Below are positions 1 to 12,059 of a stretch of 64,000 bases of DNA, one piece after another (within the stretch, counting starts at the first letter, position 1; each line of letters opens with the position of its first letter). The stretch lies in NCBI GenBank assembly GCA_010015585.1, contig ML975154.1, one strand, 5' to 3'. A program made the translations under genes and the position numbers. This DNA is from Eremomyces bilateralis CBS 781.70. Taxonomy: Eukaryota. The notes below the pieces were generated by a model. It saw only the letters and a program-made list of their open reading frames with translations, was not told the DNA's origin and searched no databases.

Positions 1-1758
1 ATTTTCCTGCTTTTTTTTGCTCTGTAGCCTTCTTGAGTGCTTTCTGTATAGTCTCCTCTGGATATTTGATGCGTTTAGGCATGTTTGGTGGTACAGATTT
101 GAAGATGATGGTAAAATTGTACTTTTGGCCTGGGTTGTGCTTTTGGTCTGGGAGCACCCACAACGGTCATGGGGCACGGATACGTACCTATTCCGTACAT
201 CCTGGTCAATTACCAATCCCTGGGGCCTGGAGACCGATAGGGGCCGCCAATTACTTTATATTGTTTAGCCCACCCAACAGAAGAATCCGCGGAGACCGCG
301 CCGTCTGAATTATCACCCTCGAAACAGGTTCTTATTTCGCTGATTTTTCAACATACCAAGCGACATCTGGAGCTTAATTCGGCGGCCAAACGTTGAGCAT
401 GGTGGACTCAGATCCTCAGAGTCTGTGTACCATTGAAATATCCAGTCAGGCAGGAGACTTGTGACCTGTGAGGTTTACTGTTTAATTCCCAAGAGCATGG
501 AACGGGCACCAGACCACATGCACCAGTAGCTCGCCTTGCGGTGTCCTGGATCGGTCAACTTGCATGATGCTGTCTCCACGGTCGATTCCGCAGTAATTGA
601 GTCATGAATGCAGAATGACCTATGAAAGGATCCATGAAATACGATTCGTCATGTCCGTCCGCAATCTCCTTCGTGTTTGCTTTGATATGAATCATAATGA
701 CACATGGTTGCTGATACTCTGAGACTTGACATCTCGTCAAACCTCAAAGGGATCCATGTTGCCGGTATTTTTGCAGAGAATCCAGGGCGCTGGACTGCTC
801 AGGAAAACCTATCTTGTTATGAGTACGACAGTACGGACAACGATATCCTTAAGTGGAAGGCGTAGGGCTTCGAATATCTCCGTGAAAAGTCGTCCGGTGG
901 ATTCGCAACAGCATAGGAGTGCAAGAATCGTATGACAGATCGCGGACGTAGTATTAATAATAAATACCAAGGAGTTGTAACTGGTAATGGTGTAGGAGTG
1001 TGGAGTCATGATGGCGGATAGATAATGTGAACATTCCCGTCTCCATCAGATCTTATGGGGACTTGGGGTCCGGGCTCAGAAAAAATTTCGGTAGGACGGT
1101 AGCCCAGGGTGGCAGCGCACCTTCAACCAATCGGTTCACTGTGATGAGAACGAATTCCTGATTAGAAATCCAGGGCACTCGAAGTTCTGATACAACGCAT
1201 TATTCACGATTTTGCTCGGGACTCGGGTTGCTCTATTGCTCGGAGCAGATATGTGGCCCCATCCGAGTCCGTTTTTGGTTTTCTCATTGTCAAAGATTCG
1301 CTAGTAGGGCAGGTAAGTCGCGGGTGGCTGGAACAGCGACATGGAATAGCGACATGGAACGAGCTAACCTAGGGGAAGGGCGGAAGCTAATTGCTTTGAA
1401 GCCAGCCGGTTGCACTGCATTTACAGGCGGTGTTCCGCATTCGCTATTCCAGTGAGTGATTCCAGGGCTGCAGGCTCAATCTTGACTTGACGCTAGGCAG
1501 CCATTGGGCATGGTTGGGTTTTTTATATGTTCCTACTCCATCGCAGGCGCCTGTGCCGTTTGCTGCTGATGAATCCGTCCCAACTCTCACTCTTTCCTTC
1601 CTTCTACAATTCTTTCTACAATTCAATTCATTTTATTCGATTCATTTTCTATATTCGATTCATTCCACCTCGCCGTGAGCTATCCCCAAGTTCAGGGCTA
1701 GCGTGCTTACTTATTAACTTTTTGTGTACCATTCATTTGCGTTGGTGGTGCAAATTCC

Positions 1759-4700
1759 ATGCCTGAGACCAATATTGAGGGATCTGAGGCTGCAGAGCCG
1801 ACCGCCCTTTCATCGCACCAGTCACCTCCGCCCCAAGTGACTAGTGTAGATGGTGATACTCAGAACCCGGCCGGTCTGTCCCACGATTCGGTCGCAGAGC
1901 CCGAAAATCCCAAAGCGGAAGGGACTTCGAACAGCGCAAAGTATTCACCACGAAGCGTTGAGACAACGGTTGCAGGCGACTCCTCACCCTTAAGCCAGTC
2001 CACAAGACCTTCGAAGGAGTACGGCGACATCCATGTGGGGCCCCGCAGTGGTGGCGTCGATGTAACCCAGGCAGAACACGACTTTGCCGAGCTCTCTAAA
2101 GAGCTGTCTCGAGCTTCTTATGATGCGCGTCGATTGGAGAAACCACAAAGCCGACAATCGGGGAAATTTGTTACCCACGGTAAGACCCATGATGTTTCCA
2201 GGGCCGAACTTCCAGACATCGAGAAGGGACCGACTAGCGACAGCTCGGAAGAGGAAGCATTCGACTTGGAAGAGTATCTAAGGGGTTCCAAAAGCCAAGA
2301 GGAAGAAGCGGGAATCAAGAGCAAAAGGATTGGAGTTATTTGGGATGGTTTGACCGTTGCTGGCGTTGGCGGAGTGAAGAATTTCGTGAAGACATTTCCG
2401 GATGCATTCGTGAGCTTTTTCAACCTCTACGAGACCGCTCAGACCGTTCTGGGACTCGGAAAAAAAGGGCGCGAGGTGGAGATCCTGAACAATTTCAAGG
2501 GCGTCCTTAAGCCTGGAGAAATGTGCCTTGTCCTTGGGAAACCGGGAAGCGGCTGCACGACATTCTTAAAGGTCATTTCAAATCAGCGATTCGGATATAC
2601 CCGAGTGGACGGCGACGTGTTATTCGGCCCATACGACAGCGCCAGCTTCGAAAAAAGATATCGAGGCGAGGCCGTGTACAATGGAGAAGATGACGTCCAC
2701 CTTCCTACGCTCACCGTTGGCCAGACCTTCAACTTTGCTCTGGAAACCAAAATTCCTGGCAAGAGACCGGCTGGCTTGACGAGAAAGGCATTCCAAGAGA
2801 AGGTTGTCGACTTGCTACTGAAAATGTTCAACATCCAGCATACGAAGGATACCATCGTTGGAAATTCATTCATTCGAGGCGTTTCTGGTGGCGAACGGAA
2901 GCGCGTGAGCATCGCCGAGATGATGATCGCCGGCTCCTGCGTCAATTGCTGGGACAACTCAACCAGAGGCCTTGACGCCAGTACCGCGCTCGACTTTACC
3001 AAGAGTTTAAGAATTATGACGAACATCTACAAGACCACCACATTCGTTTCGCTCTATCAGGCCAGCGAGAACATCTACAACCAATTCGACAAAGTCATGG
3101 TCATCGATGAAGGCCGCCAAGTATTTTTCGGGTCTGCTAATCAGGCTCGAGCATATTTCGAAGGCCTTGGATTCCTTGAGAAACCGCGTCAAACGACACC
3201 GGACTATTTGACCGGATGCACCGATCCTTACGAGCGCGAATACAAGGACGGTAGATCGGAGAAAGACGTTCCATCAAGCCCTGCTGCGCTTTCAAAAGCC
3301 TTTAATGAGTCGCAGTTCGCCCAGGACCTGTCGCGGGATATGGAGACGTATCGTGCTTCGATGGACGAAGAGAAACACGTCTACGAAGAGTTCCAGGCAG
3401 CGGTCCATGAATCCAAACGTCATACTAGCAAGAAGTCCGTCTATTCCATCCCTTTCCACCTGCAGGTCTGGGCCATCATGAAGCGGCAGTTCGTGTTGAA
3501 ATGGCAAGATCGATTCTCGCTAGTAATGTCTTGGTTCACCTCGATCGTTATCGCCATCATCGTCGGTACAGTCTGGTTCAAGCTTCCAAAGACATCCGCT
3601 GGTGCCTTCACTCGTGGCGGTGCGCTTTTCATTGCACTCTTGTTCAATGCTTTCCAGGCCTTCTCCGAGCTCGCGTCCACCATGGTCGGCCGTCCTATAA
3701 TCAATAAACATCGTTCGTACACATTCTATCGACCGTCTGCACTCTGGATCGCCCAGATTGTAGTTGATCTAGCCTTTTCGACTGCCCAGATCTTGGTGTT
3801 CAGCATCATCGTTTACTTCATGTGCGGTCTAGTCCTAGAAGCAGGTGCTTTCTTTACCTTCGTCTTGATGATCGTTGCGGGTTACCTGTCCATGACGCTG
3901 TTTTTCCGAACGGTCGGATGTCTCTGCCCGGATTTCGATGTCGCCATTCGGTTAGCGGCAACCATCATCACGTTCTTCGTCTTGACATGCGGGTACCTCA
4001 TCGGCTACCAGGATTCGCAGGTGTGGCTCCGCTGGATCTTCTACGTCAATGCACTCGGCCTCGGATTTTCCTCACTCATGATGAACGAGTTTGGTAAACT
4101 GGAGTTGGAGTGCACTGCGGAGAGTCTCGTGCCTTCGGATCTGACAGGTCAATTGGGGGGGCTATACAACGACATCCTGCACCAATCCTGCACTCTGCAA
4201 GGCAGTCAGCCTGGGAGCAGAATGGTGTCAGGGAAAACCTACATCGAAGCGGCATTCGATTGGACTCCATCGGACCAATGGAGGAACTTTGGCATTATGG
4301 TTGCCCTGATCGTAGGGTTCCTAATGACGAACGCGTTCCTTGGCGAGTATATCAAATGGGGCGCGGGAGGTCGAACCGTGACCTTCTTCGCTAAGGAAAA
4401 CGACGAGCGAAAGAAGCTGAACGAGAAACTTCTAGAAAAGCGCAGCAACAGGCTGAACAGGACAGCCAGCAAAGCAGAAGGCGCAGAGCTAAATATCGCA
4501 AGCAAAGCGATCCTGACTTGGGAGGATATTTGTTACGATGTCCCTGTTTCGGGCGGCCAACTTCGACTCTTGAACAACATCTACGGCTACGTTCGCCCTG
4601 GCCAGCTCACAGCTTTGATGGGAGCATCTGGTGCAGGCAAAACCACGTTGCTGGATGTCCTGGCAGCTCGCAAGAACATCGGCATCATCTATGGAGATAA

Positions 4701-6450
4701 ACTGGTTGACGGAAAGGAACCCGGGCCTGCATTCCAACGTGGTACAAGCTACGCCGAACAACTCGACGTCCATGAACCGTCCCAGACCGTACGCGAAGCT
4801 CTCCGATTCAGTGCCGAACTCCGGCAGCCCGTGTCCGTTCCGCAAGAGGAGAAACATGCGTACTGCGAAGAGGTTATCGGCCTTCTCGAGATGGAGGACA
4901 TTGCCGACGCAATCATTGGCGATCCGGAAAATGGTCTCGCGGTCGAGCAGCGGAAACGTGTCACCATTGGCGTGGAATTGGCCGCGAAGCCCGAGTTGCT
5001 CCTCTTCTTGGACGAGCCAACCTCCGGTCTCGATTCTCAATCTGCATTCAACATCGTCCGTTTCCTACGCAAGCTCGCCGCTGCCGGACAAGCCATCCTG
5101 TGCACGATCCATCAACCGAACTCGGCGCTTTTCGAGAACTTCGACCGACTGCTCCTACTGCAGCGGGGTGGGCAATGCGTCTATTTCGGCGACATCGGCA
5201 AAGACGCCGTCCTGCTCCGCGAGTATTTCAAGAAGCATGGTGCTTTCTGCCCTCCTGATGCCAACCCTGCCGAATGGATGCTCGACGCCATCGGTGCCGG
5301 CCAGACGCCGCGGATCGGTGACCGAGACTGGGCGGATATCTGGAAGGATTCGGAAGAGTTCGCCCACGCTCGGAGCCAGATCGTCGAGATGAGGGAGCAG
5401 CGCATGAAGGAAGTAGGCGAAGCCGCACCGGTTGAACAAAAGGAATACGCCACGCCGCTCTGGCACCAGATCAAGGTCGTTAACAAGCGCATGCAGCTCG
5501 CCTTCTGGCGCTCACCCAACTACGGCTTCACCCGCCTCTTCAACCATCTCGCCATCTCGCTGCTCACTGGCCTCATGTTCCTGAACCTCGACAATTCCCG
5601 CGCCTCGCTCCAGTACCGCGTCTTCGTTATCTTCCAGGTCACCGTTCTGCCCGCCATCATCCTCGCGCAAGTCGAACCCCGCTACGCCATGTGCCGGATG
5701 ATCAGCTTCCGGGAACAGGCCGCCAAAGCGTACAAGACCTTCCCTTTTGCGCTCAGCATGGTGCTCGCGGAGATGCCGTACAACGTGCTGTGCACTATCG
5801 TCTTCTTCCTGCCGATCTACTACATCCCCGGTTTCCAAATGACGACGTCCCGCGCCGGATACCAGTTCCTGATAGTGCTGATCACCGAGATCTTCAGCGT
5901 GACGCTGGGCCAGATGATCGCGGCGCTGACCCCCGATCCCTTCATGGCCTCCCACGCCAACCCCTTCGTCATAATCGTCTTCGCCCTCTTCTGCGGCGTC
6001 ACCATCCCCATGCCGCAGATCCCCGGCTTCTGGCGCGCCTGGCTGTATCAGCTGGACCCGTTCACGCGCCTCATCGGCGGCATGATCGTGACCGAGCTGC
6101 ATGATCGTCCCGTGCAGTGCAAGCCGCAGGAGTTCAATACCTTCACGTCGCCGCCGGGCATGGACTGCGGGGAATACATGGCGCCATACTTCGCGGCCGG
6201 GGGGCCGGGTTATATCGCGCAGAACAACACCCAAGATTGCAGTTATTGTGCGTTCCGCGTGGGCGATGAGTTCTTTAACCCGCTGGGATACGACTTTGCC
6301 AATCGGTGGAGGGATCTCGGTATCTTCACTGCGTTCATTGGCAGCAATTTGATCATTCTATTCATCGCGGTAAGTACTCAGCACCTTTCGGACCCCGATG
6401 CAGAAGCTAATTGCATTCAGGCGAGATTCTTGAATTTCAACAAGCGGTAA
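1759..6450 (+). CDS. Full-size PDR-type (ABCG) ABC transporter, (NBD-TMD)x2
   Basis: NBD1 has the PDR-type Cys Walker A GKPGSGCTT, signature VSGGERKRVSIAE and CWDNSTRGLD. NBD2 has GASGAGKT, AVEQRKRVTIGVEL and LFLDEPTSGLD. Two hydrophobic TMD blocks. Probable 51-nt intron at 6370-6420 (GTAAGT...GCTAAT...CAG). Confidence 0.96.
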   Translation: MPETNIEGSEAAEPTALSSHQSPPPQVTSVDGDTQNPAGLSHDSVAEPENPKAEGTSNSAKYSPRSVETTVAGDSSPLSQSTRPSKEYGDIHVGPRSGGVDVTQAEHDFAELSKELSRASYDARRLEKPQSRQSGKFVTHGKTHDVSRAELPDIEKGPTSDSSEEEAFDLEEYLRGSKSQEEEAGIKSKRIGVIWDGLTVAGVGGVKNFVKTFPDAFVSFFNLYETAQTVLGLGKKGREVEILNNFKGVLKPGEMCLVLGKPGSGCTTFLKVISNQRFGYTRVDGDVLFGPYDSASFEKRYRGEAVYNGEDDVHLPTLTVGQTFNFALETKIPGKRPAGLTRKAFQEKVVDLLLKMFNIQHTKDTIVGNSFIRGVSGGERKRVSIAEMMIAGSCVNCWDNSTRGLDASTALDFTKSLRIMTNIYKTTTFVSLYQASENIYNQFDKVMVIDEGRQVFFGSANQARAYFEGLGFLEKPRQTTPDYLTGCTDPYEREYKDGRSEKDVPSSPAALSKAFNESQFAQDLSRDMETYRASMDEEKHVYEEFQAAVHESKRHTSKKSVYSIPFHLQVWAIMKRQFVLKWQDRFSLVMSWFTSIVIAIIVGTVWFKLPKTSAGAFTRGGALFIALLFNAFQAFSELASTMVGRPIINKHRSYTFYRPSALWIAQIVVDLAFSTAQILVFSIIVYFMCGLVLEAGAFFTFVLMIVAGYLSMTLFFRTVGCLCPDFDVAIRLAATIITFFVLTCGYLIGYQDSQVWLRWIFYVNALGLGFSSLMMNEFGKLELECTAESLVPSDLTGQLGGLYNDILHQSCTLQGSQPGSRMVSGKTYIEAAFDWTPSDQWRNFGIMVALIVGFLMTNAFLGEYIKWGAGGRTVTFFAKENDERKKLNEKLLEKRSNRLNRTASKAEGAELNIASKAILTWEDICYDVPVSGGQLRLLNNIYGYVRPGQLTALMGASGAGKTTLLDVLAARKNIGIIYGDKLVDGKEPGPAFQRGTSYAEQLDVHEPSQTVREALRFSAELRQPVSVPQEEKHAYCEEVIGLLEMEDIADAIIGDPENGLAVEQRKRVTIGVELAAKPELLLFLDEPTSGLDSQSAFNIVRFLRKLAAAGQAILCTIHQPNSALFENFDRLLLLQRGGQCVYFGDIGKDAVLLREYFKKHGAFCPPDANPAEWMLDAIGAGQTPRIGDRDWADIWKDSEEFAHARSQIVEMREQRMKEVGEAAPVEQKEYATPLWHQIKVVNKRMQLAFWRSPNYGFTRLFNHLAISLLTGLMFLNLDNSRASLQYRVFVIFQVTVLPAIILAQVEPRYAMCRMISFREQAAKAYKTFPFALSMVLAEMPYNVLCTIVFFLPIYYIPGFQMTTSRAGYQFLIVLITEIFSVTLGQMIAALTPDPFMASHANPFVIIVFALFCGVTIPMPQIPGFWRAWLYQLDPFTRLIGGMIVTELHDRPVQCKPQEFNTFTSPPGMDCGEYMAPYFAAGGPGYIAQNNTQDCSYCAFRVGDEFFNPLGYDFANRWRDLGIFTAFIGSNLIILFIAVSTQHLSDPDAEANCIQARFLNFNKR

Positions 6451-7105
6451 TTTGTGCCGTTTGATCTTTAAAAGCTGGGTGTTTTCGGTTGTTCGAGACG
6501 CATAGACAGCGGCTTGGAGGGTTTTGATAAAATCTGTTCTCTTGCACAATAGAGCTGCATGGGCAACCCAAGTTGAATCGTCGCACATTAGTTAGTCGGC
6601 GATTGAGGGTACAAATCATAGGAGTCACACCTGTTGAAGGTGTTGAAAAACCAGCGGCCGCATAATCACCGAGATTGAGACACTGAAAATTTTCCTATTT
6701 TTCTTATGAAGAGAAGCTACTGGACCAAAGAATGCCCATAGCAGCCGGCCGTAAAACATTCCGAGTGATGAACCTATGGTGTATTCAACTAAGAGATCGA
6801 CTGCGCAACATCATCGTAACCATTGTCATCATAATCGAAACATCAAAGCCTAGATTGGAAACAGAAAGCGATGTGACATCGCAGTAGAAAGGGAGGGCTT
6901 CCGATAAGAGCTTTCAATGGGAAGTATTCGGTCGTGGCGGAAGTGAGGTGCTATCCATGCGTACAGGCGACGCCAGGAGACACTAGACATGAGACAGTGG
7001 AAAGTAAGGACCGAACGCCAAATGCAGCGGAAAAACGGTCACTCTTGCCAGTGCCATCTCCAAGATGCCGCAGCCGAACAAAATTGTCGAGGTCGTGATA
7101 CAAGC

Positions 7106-10100
7106 TCACAGGTAGAACATCTTATCCTCCACCTTCGGATGAACTTTTCCATCCCAGTTATCGCCACTGGGACCGCTGGTCCCAGATGCCTGCGACGCGG
7201 TATCGGAAAAGCTATCGCCGTTGAAGCGGCTGTACATGTAGTTCCGCGCGCGCTCGCAGGCCAAGTCGGCGCAGAGCGCTGGCGCGACAAGGGAGACGGC
7301 CGTGGTGGAGCGCGGAAGGACATGGGAAAGGTAATAGGTCGCGTAAACGAAGTCCTTCGCCGACATGCCGATCTCGTTCTCGAGGACGCAGTAATGGACG
7401 CCCTTGGCGGTGCCCTGGATTGCGCGATGGCTGACGAGGAAGAAATCGAACAGCCGATCACCACCGCCAGTGATATGGCGATCCACCAAGGTTCCTGGCT
7501 TTGCATTTCCAGTTCTCGGGTCGGCGTCCTGCGCGCCGGGGAGGAATCTCGTGTGGTGGCGCTTCACAGACACCTATGACAATCAGCTCAGCTTGATGTA
7601 AAGCGATGGAGGGGTATTACTTACGGCCAGCAAGATTTTTGGTTTTGGCTTCTCATTGTAGATCTGCTTGACGGCGTCCTTCATGGACTGGAGCTCCTTC
7701 GCCTTCACCTGAAGATATTGGCCTTCGGACACGCCATCACGGTACATGATGATCTTCTTGGGCAAGCGTCCGTTCTTCTGGGACCACTTCCGGATTAGCT
7801 GCACTAACAAGTCACGCGTCTGGTCGACCATCTCTTGACCGCCGCGTTGGATAGAGTACCTAAGAGCGAGGTTAATTCGCCATCGAAAAGGCAGAAGAAT
7901 AGAGCGACTGACACGGCAATATACGTGGCAAAATGTTCGTCAATGGAACTAGTCATCGCCGCAACACTGACATCGTTCTCCGGATCGCGTCCGGCAAATG
8001 CCTGCGTCGGGTGGGTAACATCCATTCCAAGCACCATCGTGTCCTTATCCAGTGCAGGATATGTCGTCTTGTGATTTATCCCCCCAGCTTTCACATTCAC
8101 TTTCAAGGCAATATTCGCGGCGAGCCCGACATCCGTAGGATTCTTGAAGAACTTGGAACTCTGTCGGCACACATTCGCGATACCGTACTTCACATCAAGC
8201 AGGAACTTGATCCTCGAGTACAGCCATGTGTTTGTATTCGGCAGGAAAATGATCACCATCTGCGTCCCTTCTTTCTGAAGCTGTGCGAAGAGAGAATTCA
8301 GAGCCTGCTCGTCCTTGGCACGGTCCGCAGGTTGCGGTCCCAGGGACATGACGCACGAACGCGGCGCCCCTCGAGCTCCGAAGGCGACTCCATATTTGGA
8401 CGACTCGTTCTTGATGTTGTTCATCGCCTGCTCTTGCATGTTTTGAGGCCAAGGATTATGGCCACCAGCCGGCATCAAAAAGACGACGGCCCATTTGCCC
8501 ACGTTCGCGGGGCGGAAGAACTTTTTGTCCCGCCAGTCCCACCGCCCGGTGTCATTGACGAGCACGGTCTTGTTATTCGCAGTGCCCAGCGTGGGCCTTC
8601 GAAGTAGAAGGGCTGGGGCGGAGACGAATTTCGAGGTGTCGACATCGACGCCCCAAGAACCCTTTAGCGATCTTCCATCGGTCCCATTGAGGCCCAACTC
8701 GTCCGTGCCACCCGCCTTGATGGAGGTGAAATTGGCGTTCGGAGTTTTGGCAGCAAATGTGATCATGGTGCTCGTTTGCTCGTCGTTTAGCTTCACTCGG
8801 GTTGCTTGTCCAGGCAGCACCTCGCAGACCGATGCCGGGAGGTACATATGCTTCTTCAAGGTGCCCACATTGACCACAGGCAAGTTTTCGCCCACCAAGT
8901 TCACATGCGGGTACGTTTCCGCAAAGTACTGAAAAACACTCTTGGGGCCATTTGGTGTTTCGAAAGAGGTACCCGCAGGGCCAGAGCGCGTTTTCGAAAG
9001 GCCCATGATAGTGTAAACCTTCTTCACTGGCTTTCCATCGTCCCCGCGTCTATGACTTGCCACCACCGTGACGCCTTGGAGAAAGAGTTCAAGTTTCTTA
9101 AGGAGCTGCGGGTTGACGGTTTTACGCGCCTTAAAACTCTGCATCAGCTCGATGAGTGGCCCAGCCTGGTAGAACGCAGCGTTTGTGACGTTAATATTCA
9201 GCAACAGACGTCCGCTAACAGGCCTGACGGATGAGAAGTAGCCACGGTGGGCCATCAGTCCTTCACCGAGATCGATGAACTCCCCCGTACGTCTGAAGAA
9301 GCGGTTTTGTCCGAGAGCGGCGAGATGATCCTGGTTCATGAGTGGTGAACGAGCAACCATGATGTTGAGACACTGGACGATGGTGTCCAAGAGGGCGAGA
9401 TTGTATGCTACATTCCCTGGAGCCCGGAGAGCAGCTTCCAGTGTCGAGGCCTCGATGCTGTCCGTCTTTGAGATAGAGACTACAAAGCGACGTCGACTGG
9501 CGAACCCGGCATCGTTAAAGGCTTGTTCCCTCGGGGGATCTTCTGAGCTGTGGTAGTATTTGACCGTGTAATCTTTTGGATTTGAGAACTCAGCGATCTC
9601 TTTCGTCGACAAGATCGTATTGGCGTAGTCCGTCCCGAGGATCATCCTACCGAAACGGGATTGCCCAAGCAGCTGTTGAACAACACGCCGTTTTTTTGGC
9701 CGACTGATCGACTTCGCGTTGGCCCCGGTGAATTTGATCGCATACCGGTGAATGGTGAAATTTTCCGGTAGCTTCATCCCAAAGTAATTGGTTATGATGT
9801 TGAAAGGCTTTCCGTCGTTGTTGGTGAGGTAACTTGGCCGCGGAGTAAAGTCCCATGTTGCCTCACGTTTGAGGGCTTGGTCCTCGTACTTGGTGATGGA
9901 TTCCAGGGGGGCGTCCACCTCGTCAGGGTGTAATGGAATCCGTGGACCACCACCGTAGCTGGCACCGCCTCGTCCTCCGCGCTGCCCTCTATAGCCACCG
10001 ACCGAGCCTCCGCCTCGCCCTTGATAGCCACCGCCCGAACCTCCGCCTCGCTCTTGATAGCCACCACCCGAACCTCCGCCTCGCCCTTGATAGCCACCGC

Positions 10101-10323
10101 CCGAACCTCCGCCTCGCCCTTGATAGCCACCGCCGGAACCTCCGCCCCGGGATCGGTCGGTCAGAGTGTCACGGAATTGGTTGTAATCCTGGCCTCCGCC
10201 TCGCGAGGCCCCACCACTATTTTGTCCTCCGCCACCACGTTGTCCTCCGCCGCGACCCTGTCCTCCGCCGCGACCCTGTCCTCCGCCGCGGCCTTGTCCG
10301 CCCCCACGTCCGCGAGTTGACAT
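7106..10323 (-). CDS. Argonaute (QDE-2/SMS-2-like PAZ-PIWI protein), 3 exons
   Basis: Exons 10323-7913, 7859-7625, 7573-7106 (introns GTCAGT..TAG and GTAAGT..TAG). PAZ-like SVFQYF...LPVVNVG...YLPASVC; NIALKVNVKAGGIN; PIWI motifs LGMDVTHP, QEMV, YRDGVSEGQY, KRHHTRF, GTAKGVHY, APALCADLACERAR; C-terminus KMFYL. Confidence 0.96.
9991..10146 (-). repeat. 33-nt coding tandem repeat (about 4.5 units) encoding GGGSGGGYQGR in the Argonaute N-terminus
   Basis: Unit ttgatagccaccgcccgaacctccgcctcgccc repeated with few substitutions. A second 18-nt repeat (GGGQGR x3) lies at about 10241-10295. Confidence 0.92.
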
Positions 10324-12059
10324 GGTCAGGCAATGTGTAAAGATTGTTAGGTGTACTGAGGTGCTTGTTAATCAAGGAAATCAAATGAGGATGGGATGAG
10401 GTCAATAGTTCCAAGGCGAACGGTAGAAGAGGGTGGAAACTAAGTGACAGATGGAAAGCAAGGCAGTTCGCTCGATATATCGCAATTTTCTGGGCACAAG
10501 AGAGCCGGGAAAAAGACAAGCTGGCCTTCTGCTCCTCACAGTTGGATGACACTGATTATTTAAACGACAACGGATGAAATGTGTTCAGTGAGATTCGTGC
10601 CTATCCAAGGATAGCTTCTTAGTTCTTAAACAACAAGAGAGAAGTGAGACAGTTGGAGAAGAGAACGATGGGGAAAAAATAAGGAATCGAGTGGGTCTAA
10701 ACTTTCTCCAGAATTTACAACCAAAACATTTGCCCCAAGCTTCGAGATCAAAGATTCAGATCCTAATAAAGTGAAATGATGATGTTTGCTGGAGGGCGGC
10801 GGTTGATCGATGTTTGATAACTGGATAACCGCCACAACTGCAATCACGGGCGAGGCTGGAAAGGCGCAGCAAGTGAAACCGGCACCGGCAAGCCAAACGG
10901 AAGATACCAGTCTAAAGTCACGATCCAAATGATTTTTCTTGTTCATGAGAGACCCAACCGACAACTCCCCGAAAGTCGGTGTGGAGGTATGACTTGAGCT
11001 CGGTATGTCGGCCGTGGAATGCTGGACAACGCACCGCGTCACGACTTGTCACGCGTTCCCCTGATCCCCATGATGTCTGATTGGCGGAGGCTCAGGATAC
11101 GCGTGCCACGAGTCAGGCCTCAACGCCTCAGGCCCCAACGCCTCAGGCTCAATGCAGACAATTTATACTGAGACAATGCTGCTTGCCGTGTGGCATGCAT
11201 TGATCTGTTCTGTCAATCAGCATGCATCCAGGCTTCCTACAGATCTTATTCAGCCCGGCTTGCATAGAGAACAAGAAGTCAAGAACACACCAGCAGAAAG
11301 GACTAACAACATCAAGTCCCAGAATGTCAAAGAATCAAGATAGAAGAAGTCATGGATGATGGAGCTGAGATGTTGTCTCCAAATCCATCGCAAAGGTAAG
11401 AACTGTGGTGTACGGAGTACGCCGAGCCTGATTGCTTCCTGGCTGATCCGGCTCACCTTTTCCATCACTCCAACACAGCTCTCCTTCACGGTAGGTACCT
11501 GGCAGTGTGCAGGTCCAACCCCGATGAAGACCCGTCCTGGAAAACTCTCCTTTTCATTAAGTCCATGTAGATCTGTATATTTCTTCTCTTCTGCTCGACT
11601 AGAACTGCCATATTGGTATATCAAACTTCATTGCGATCAGGTTAGACCAGCTAGGGAGCTCTCAATAGTCTCGTCATTCGAGATGGAACTTAGAGATGGA
11701 ATTCAGGTGCAGGAGAGGGGGAAGTCGCTCTTTCCTCATATGCATCCTCGTACTTACAGTACAGTACCGACACTGTAATTGACAGGACATCTTCCTCGTG
11801 TTTCTGTCTCGATTTCGTCAACTCCTACATATCCTAACCTCAGCTTTTCTTCTCAATCCTACAGCAACGGGTCTATTCTTAGTCGCAATACTCAATCTAT
11901 CCCGTCGTCGCCCTCCAATCCTAGACCTTTACCAAAGAACCACAGTCTACAACATATATGCAACCCGTGGGGGACAGCGTTTCGTTACCGATCCAGAGTG
12001 TCTGATTTGATTTCGGGTTAGGGACGGTAGATCTGAAAAATAGCCCGTGACTATTTCCT

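Noticed and set aside
286..293. Perfect yeast PDRE (TCCGCGGA) upstream of the PDR transporter
   Set aside because: A single 8-mer about 1.5 kb from the ATG is plausible by chance, and filamentous fungi use different regulators.
1141..1190. Box C (GTGATGA) with two CTGA boxes, snoRNA-like
   Set aside because: Only about 50 nt, no convincing terminal stem and no recognisable rRNA guide.
1601..1665. Short tandem repeats (ttctacaattc, attcgattcattt) before the ABC start
   Set aside because: Ordinary low-complexity slippage; no spacer structure, not CRISPR-like.
4489..6234. Long antisense and alternate-frame ORFs inside the ABC gene (similar ones in UTP14, GUT1, VPH1, OPI1)
   Set aside because: Shadow ORFs expected from GC-rich codon bias; no motifs of their own.
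11112..11155. 15-nt tandem repeat (caacgcctcaggccc-like) in the Argonaute/GH81 divergent promoter
   Set aside because: Only about 2.5 copies with no support for function.
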